Below are positions 59,301 to 64,000 of a stretch of 64,000 nucleotides of DNA, piece after piece. Every line of letters begins with the position of its first letter. Position 1 is the stretch's first letter. This stretch comes from Lama glama (Eukaryota): positions 55,738,001 to 55,802,000 of the forward strand of contig CM052821.1 in assembly GCA_028534125.1 (NCBI GenBank). The letters run 5' to 3'. The position numbers were made by a program, and so were the translations under genes. The notes beneath the pieces are model-generated. The model had not been told where the DNA came from. It saw only the letters and a program-made list of their open reading frames with translations, and did no database searches.

Positions 59301-62300
59301 CCACGTCCCTGCTGTGTGTGGTCATCTGCTTCTCTCTCAGGTTCATTCCCCGTAAAGGGGTGGGACCCCGCGGGGAGGTGCCTGGTGACTGGCTCACAGG
59401 CCCTGGATGCTGCAGCAGGTGTCCTGGGATCCCCACAGACGCACGCCTGTCCCTCGGCTCACACACGTGTGCACTTGCAGACACACATGCACACACTCCA
59501 CATGGTCCCCAGAGGCGAGAAGTGCGTCCTGCTCATCTGAGGATCCTCAGTGCCTACGGGTGCCCCCACCTGCCCACGACCGACCACTCAGGAGCTGCAC
59601 CCACCTGGTGCCCAGGCTGTCCCCTCCCTCTGGTCCGGATGCCGTGATGGAGGGGCTCTTGCCCTGCCTGGTCCGGCCTGTAAGCCACTCTCAAAGTCTG
59701 CCGTTCATTCGCTGGCCCAAGCTTCCTTCTGCCGAGTATTGGTTCCTCAGCACAAGAGAGGGGCTGGGGGAGGTCATTTACAAAGACAGAAAGGGACAAC
59801 ACCTGCGGCCCGAGCTTTGCGGCGACCGGGCCGGGCGACCTGGCCCCTTAGCTGTGCTCCGGCCCGGACGCCGGGGCCCAGTGTTCTCGGCCTCTGGCCG
59901 CAGCCCCGGGGCTTCCATTTGCTTCACCGGAGCTCTCGAAGCAGGTGCTCCTCAGCTAGAGCCTTCGTCTGGCTGGCCTCCGGCCTTTGAGTATCCTTTG
60001 CAGCTTTGGGATATCACGTGGGGGGGGCGGGGAGGGACAGCCCTTGCTCGCACCAAGGGGCCTTTGTCACCTCCAGTGAGTGTTCTCTGCATCCTTGAGG
60101 CCCAGGTATCGTGACTCTGAGGTCTCAGCCCTCCAGGAGGCCAGGACCTCCTTGAAGGTGGCGCGGGGCTGGGCGGGGAGAGCACCTCTGTCCTCCTTGG
60201 CGCCCCTGCCCTTACCTTTGCCCTGAAAGCAGAGAGCGGCAGAGTCTGTGGGACTTTCTGGAAGATTCCCCTGCCCTGTATCCAGGTGGACTCCTGTGTG
60301 GGGCCACCCGATGGCGCCCTGTCTGTGAAGCCCAGCGCGGGGGCCTGTCTCTCACGGCCATTTCTCTGCCTGGCGCCCTCCCCGCACAGCGGCGGTCATC
60401 TCCTCTCCGGATGCGGGGAGACGGCCCCTCGCCGTGGTCACCGAAGCACGCTGGTCAGGACTGAGGCGGGCGTGTGCTGCCAAGTTGAAGGGCAGCGTCC
60501 TTGCTGGAGTTCACGAGTGAAGCGTGAGGGGCGGGGTGTGAGGAAGGACGGGAGGAGAGCTTGTCCGAGGGGCTCACTGTGGCTCCAAGGGGCTGGAAGT
60601 GCGCTGGCGTCACAGGAACGTTTTCCCGGTGGCTCCGTTAAAGCAGGAGGAATTTGGGCCACACCCAGGGAGGACCCTCCTCCCGCCCCCTTGAAGTAAC
60701 TTGGGAAGACGTCTGCCAGCAGCTTTGCGGGCACTGGAAGGTGCAGCGTGCGCCCCCGCACTCAGCCCCCAGGCCCCCGGAGGGTGGGCAGCGATGGCCG
60801 GGGGGGACTCCTCGTCCCGGCAGGGGCTGTGAGTGACCGAGGCTTGTCCTGTACAAGTGTCAGGAGTGTCCTCAGAGTGGGACCCACTTATGACACCGAG
60901 AGCATGGAACGCGCACGGTGACTTTGTCAGGAGGAGAGGGAGGGAGCCCCTTCCCCATTCCTCGGCCCCTGAGGGTGGCACACACTGTCTTCTCGTCTCC
61001 GGGTCCAGGGGAGGTGTGGGCAGCAGGGGCTGCATGGGGGGAGCCCGCATGGTCCCATCCCTGCAGCCTGGTGGGAAGTCTGTGTGTCTGTCCACGGCTG
61101 CCATCCACTCAGTGGGCGCCCTGTGCCCCCGGTGGCGCTGACCCCACTGTAGCGCAAGTGGTGGGTGAGGCGGGGGACGATCCGGGCCTGCTTCTCCCCC
61201 GCCTGCCCGGGCTGGGGCCTGGCAGCAGAGCTGCTTACTAGGAGGTGGTACCCAGGGCCGCCCGAGGCCACGGCGCCCACGGCGCCCACGGCAGGGGCAC
61301 TGGCCCTGCCTAGGCTGGGGGTGCCCCAAGGAATCCGCCCACGGACCCACGGGGAGGTGGGACGGTGAGGGGCGTTCCTGACCCTCTACCCTCGGTTTTC
61401 CCCATCGGAAAGGCGGAATGCAGCCTCCCACTCACTGTGCCCGGGGTGAGTGAGGGCACAGACAGAGGAGGGGCTTGGAGCCGCCGCTGCTTCACACCCG
61501 CGCACACACCCTCAGAACCTCTTAGAAGTGAGCCAAGGAAAAGAATTGTTTCCGCTGTTTTCTGATCTCTGAAAAACCAGCCCCCTCCCTCTGCGGGTGG
61601 GGAATTCTTACTGAAATAGTCATTAAGGAAACGACCCCTGGGCCACACACACAACCTGTTTGTGTCCCTCTGCTTGCGGCCCCTCGCGCATTCATTCCTG
61701 TGGTCACTGGCGTCCGGCTGCCACGCGTGGCCGGGCTGCTCCTTCGGGGTCACGGGGAGGGTGGCTTGTGAAAGTGGCCACATCTGCCTCAGGGTCCATT
61801 GAATAACTCCAGGTACCTTCTCAGCATCGCAGGAGGGGCTGGGGCGGCAGACAGGGTGGCCATCCACCTGCCAGGCCTGCTGGTGGGTGCCTGGCCTGTG
61901 TTCTTCGGGCAGGTGGCCCTCGCCGCCCCCTTGAGCCACACAGGCCTGGGCTCGCTGATTTGAGGGACCCTCCTTGCTGCCCGCCCACCCACCCCTCCAC
62001 CCTCACCAGTTTCCCTAGTTCCTCCCTCTCCCCCCAGGGCAGCCCCCCGGGGTGGTGCTGGGCTTGGGAGACTCGGGGTGACTCAGCTGGCTGTCCCCGC
62101 CCCTGCAGCCCCTGCCCGCCCACGGTGGGCCGTTTGCCGCGGTCCTTTCCCTTTAAGAGGGGAACCTCTGGACGCTGTTTGGATAGAGACAGGAGCGCCT
62201 GAGGCTGCGGAAAATCAATTGTGTCCCAGGACCATCCTCAGATGTGTCTGTGCTTCTATTAAGTCAGCCCTGTCTGTGGTGGGTTTCACGTTCTGGGGGT

Positions 62301-62773
62301 GCTGAGCCACTGGAACCCAAGCCCGTGGGCCACGGGGCTGTGCCCAGGCCAGGCCCCTGTCCCCCTATTGTGGTACCTCCTGGGAAGAGCGCCAGACAGA
62401 GTCCCAGAATTCGCCCCGCCGGCTAGACAGGGCCGCCCGCCGTGCAGGCTTTGCCTTCAGTACAGGGCGCCTCTGTGGAAGCCCAGGGAACTCCCGCTTG
62501 TGCAGCAGAGTTGGGGTCCTCGGGGGAAGTGACCTTGGTCCTGCAGGCCTGCTTTGTAGGCCGCTTCTCCATCTGTGTGCAGGATTACGGCACAGCCCTC
62601 CAGGCCGGGCCTCGCAGGGCTCCTGGGCCTCCGCCCAGAGCTGCCTTCCTGCTGCTGGAGGACGCTAGGGCAGCCTGAGCCCCCCTCCCGGGGGGGTGCG
62701 TTCGTGGTGCCCCCCATGCCGGTGCTCATGTCAGCTGGCGCAAATGACATTGCACTGACCCGCAGCAGCTTCA

Positions 62774-62900
62774 GAGGGGACAGCTCAGTGGTAGAGCGCA
62801 TGCTTTGTGTGCACGAGGTCCTGGGTTCAATCCCCAGCACTTCTACTAAAAACAGAATTAAATAAACCTAATTACTTACCCCCCCCCAAATAAAACTAAA
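62774..62900 (+). mobile_element. tRNA-Ala-derived SINE (camelid Vic-1-like)
   Basis: cagctcagtggtagagcgcatgcttt...gaggtcctgggttcaatccccagcac, then the family tail taaataaacctaattac..ccccc and an A-rich end. Confidence 0.9.
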
Positions 62901-64000
62901 CACCGCACTGTCAGCCCCAGGCACCCTTCCCGGGGTGGTGTCCTCTGCCTCAGCGCCTGTGTTCTCCCTCCCACCCCCGCTCCTCCCCCACCTTTCATAA
63001 AGGAGAAGTGCGCTCTCCTGGCGGAAGGTGACATTTCAGCTCCCGCACTGACTCCCTCTCCCCCTGGGTCTGGGTCGCGCCCCCCCCCAGCATCTCCCCC
63101 AGCCCAGTTGTTCCCGGGGCTCCCAGCCGAACCTCCATCAGGACAGGCCTGCCCGCAGGTGAGGCGGAGGGCAGCTGCGACTGATGGATTTTGCCAGCGT
63201 CTCTCTCCCTGCTCATTTCTGCCCTGAATCAGTCTTGCCATTAAAGAAAAAATTACACCCACCATTCAAACCATTAATTGAAAGGCTGTTATTATCGCAT
63301 TAATGGTGTTTGATATCCAAGGCAGATAAACTAGGAGAAGCTCATCTGTTCCGTCTCTGAAGAAATGTAATTACATCTCGGGACTTATTAAATCGTCTCC
63401 CGCTCAGCTGTCACGCCTTCCATCTTGCAGTCTTGCGTGGACACCCCAACGAATCCAGCATGGAAATAGGATTACACGGGCCCGAGGGGGGCCCGACGCC
63501 CCGCATGTGTGCGCGTGGTCGGGGTGTTCAGGGAGGCGTGCGAGGCCGTCGTGCTGGCCGGTCCGCAGCCCGCTGCCTTCCCGGGCACTGATGGGCCCGC
63601 TGCTGCTTGGAAGCTTCCTGGCTGTGGGCAGGTCCGTGAGTCCCACACGGATCCTGTGCTGGGAGCTGACCTTGTGTGTCTCGCTGCCGTGCGTGCGCTG
63701 AGTCACCGCTGGGCTCGTGCGGTGACGGTTACATCCCGGGACTCGGGCCTCCAAACGCTGCTCTGTCTAGAGCACAGGCTGCTCAGAGAGCATCTTAGGG
63801 CACCGTTGGCACTAGGGTGGGTAACACCTCCACACGCCTTCCTGGGGCGCACACCAGGGGCCCTGTGGCTCAGACGTGGGGCCGCCCTGGGGGCCCCGGC
63901 TCCTGCCTCCTTGTCACGGCGGGGTCACCACCCACCTTGTTCTATGCAGGGGCTTTGGACTGTGCTCCCAGGGTGTTCTGAAGGGCTGGGTGGAGGGCGG

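Noticed and set aside
62774-62846. tRNA-Ala gene
   Set aside because: The acceptor and anticodon arms are degenerate, and the SINE-specific tail shared with the copies at 42563 and 40710 follows it.
1-64000. Hundreds of 60-316 aa ORFs on both strands (e.g. 15393-16316, 18583-19533, 11095-11970, 54425-55285, 55932-56792)
   Set aside because: They are rich in P/G/A/R/S, overlap in all frames and show no recognisable domain. Stop codons are rare in GC-rich DNA. Only the two exon segments and the L1 remnants resemble real proteins.
1-64000. Prokaryotic-type system (CRISPR array, operon, defence island, retron)
   Set aside because: The sequence is a mammalian spliced gene with mammalian repeats. 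The tandem repeats have no unique spacers and there are no compact genes.

Overview
This is GC-rich mammalian genomic DNA, not prokaryotic. It lies entirely within the 3' half of the Rab-GAP gene TBC1D22A on the + strand. Only two coding exons are supported: 12009-12136 (128 nt) and 53466-53561 (96 nt). They splice in frame across a 41,329-bp GT-AG intron to give EQVHRHLDQHEVRYLQFAFRWMNNLLMRELPLSCTVRLWDTYQ|SEPEGFAHFHLYVCAAFLVRWRKEILEERDFQ, the C-terminal part of the TBC domain. The rest is intron: old and younger L1 fragments, L2, MER3/MER5A DNA transposon relics, MLT1/MLT2/ERV1-type LTRs, three tRNA-Ala-derived SINEs of the type I recall from camelids, simple and tandem repeats, and one 165-N assembly gap. 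The other ORFs in the track look like chance products of GC-rich sequence. I found no convincing new multi-gene system. The best leads are: (i) AT-rich, homeobox/SOX/PBX-HOX-motif-dense islands that may be conserved enhancers; (ii) a candidate poison exon or microexon inside one of them; (iii) strong AT-to-GC rewriting of transposon relics, suggesting GC-biased gene conversion; (iv) a 5'-inverted L1. Repeat family names come from recalled consensus sequences, not a database search, and repeat boundaries are approximate.
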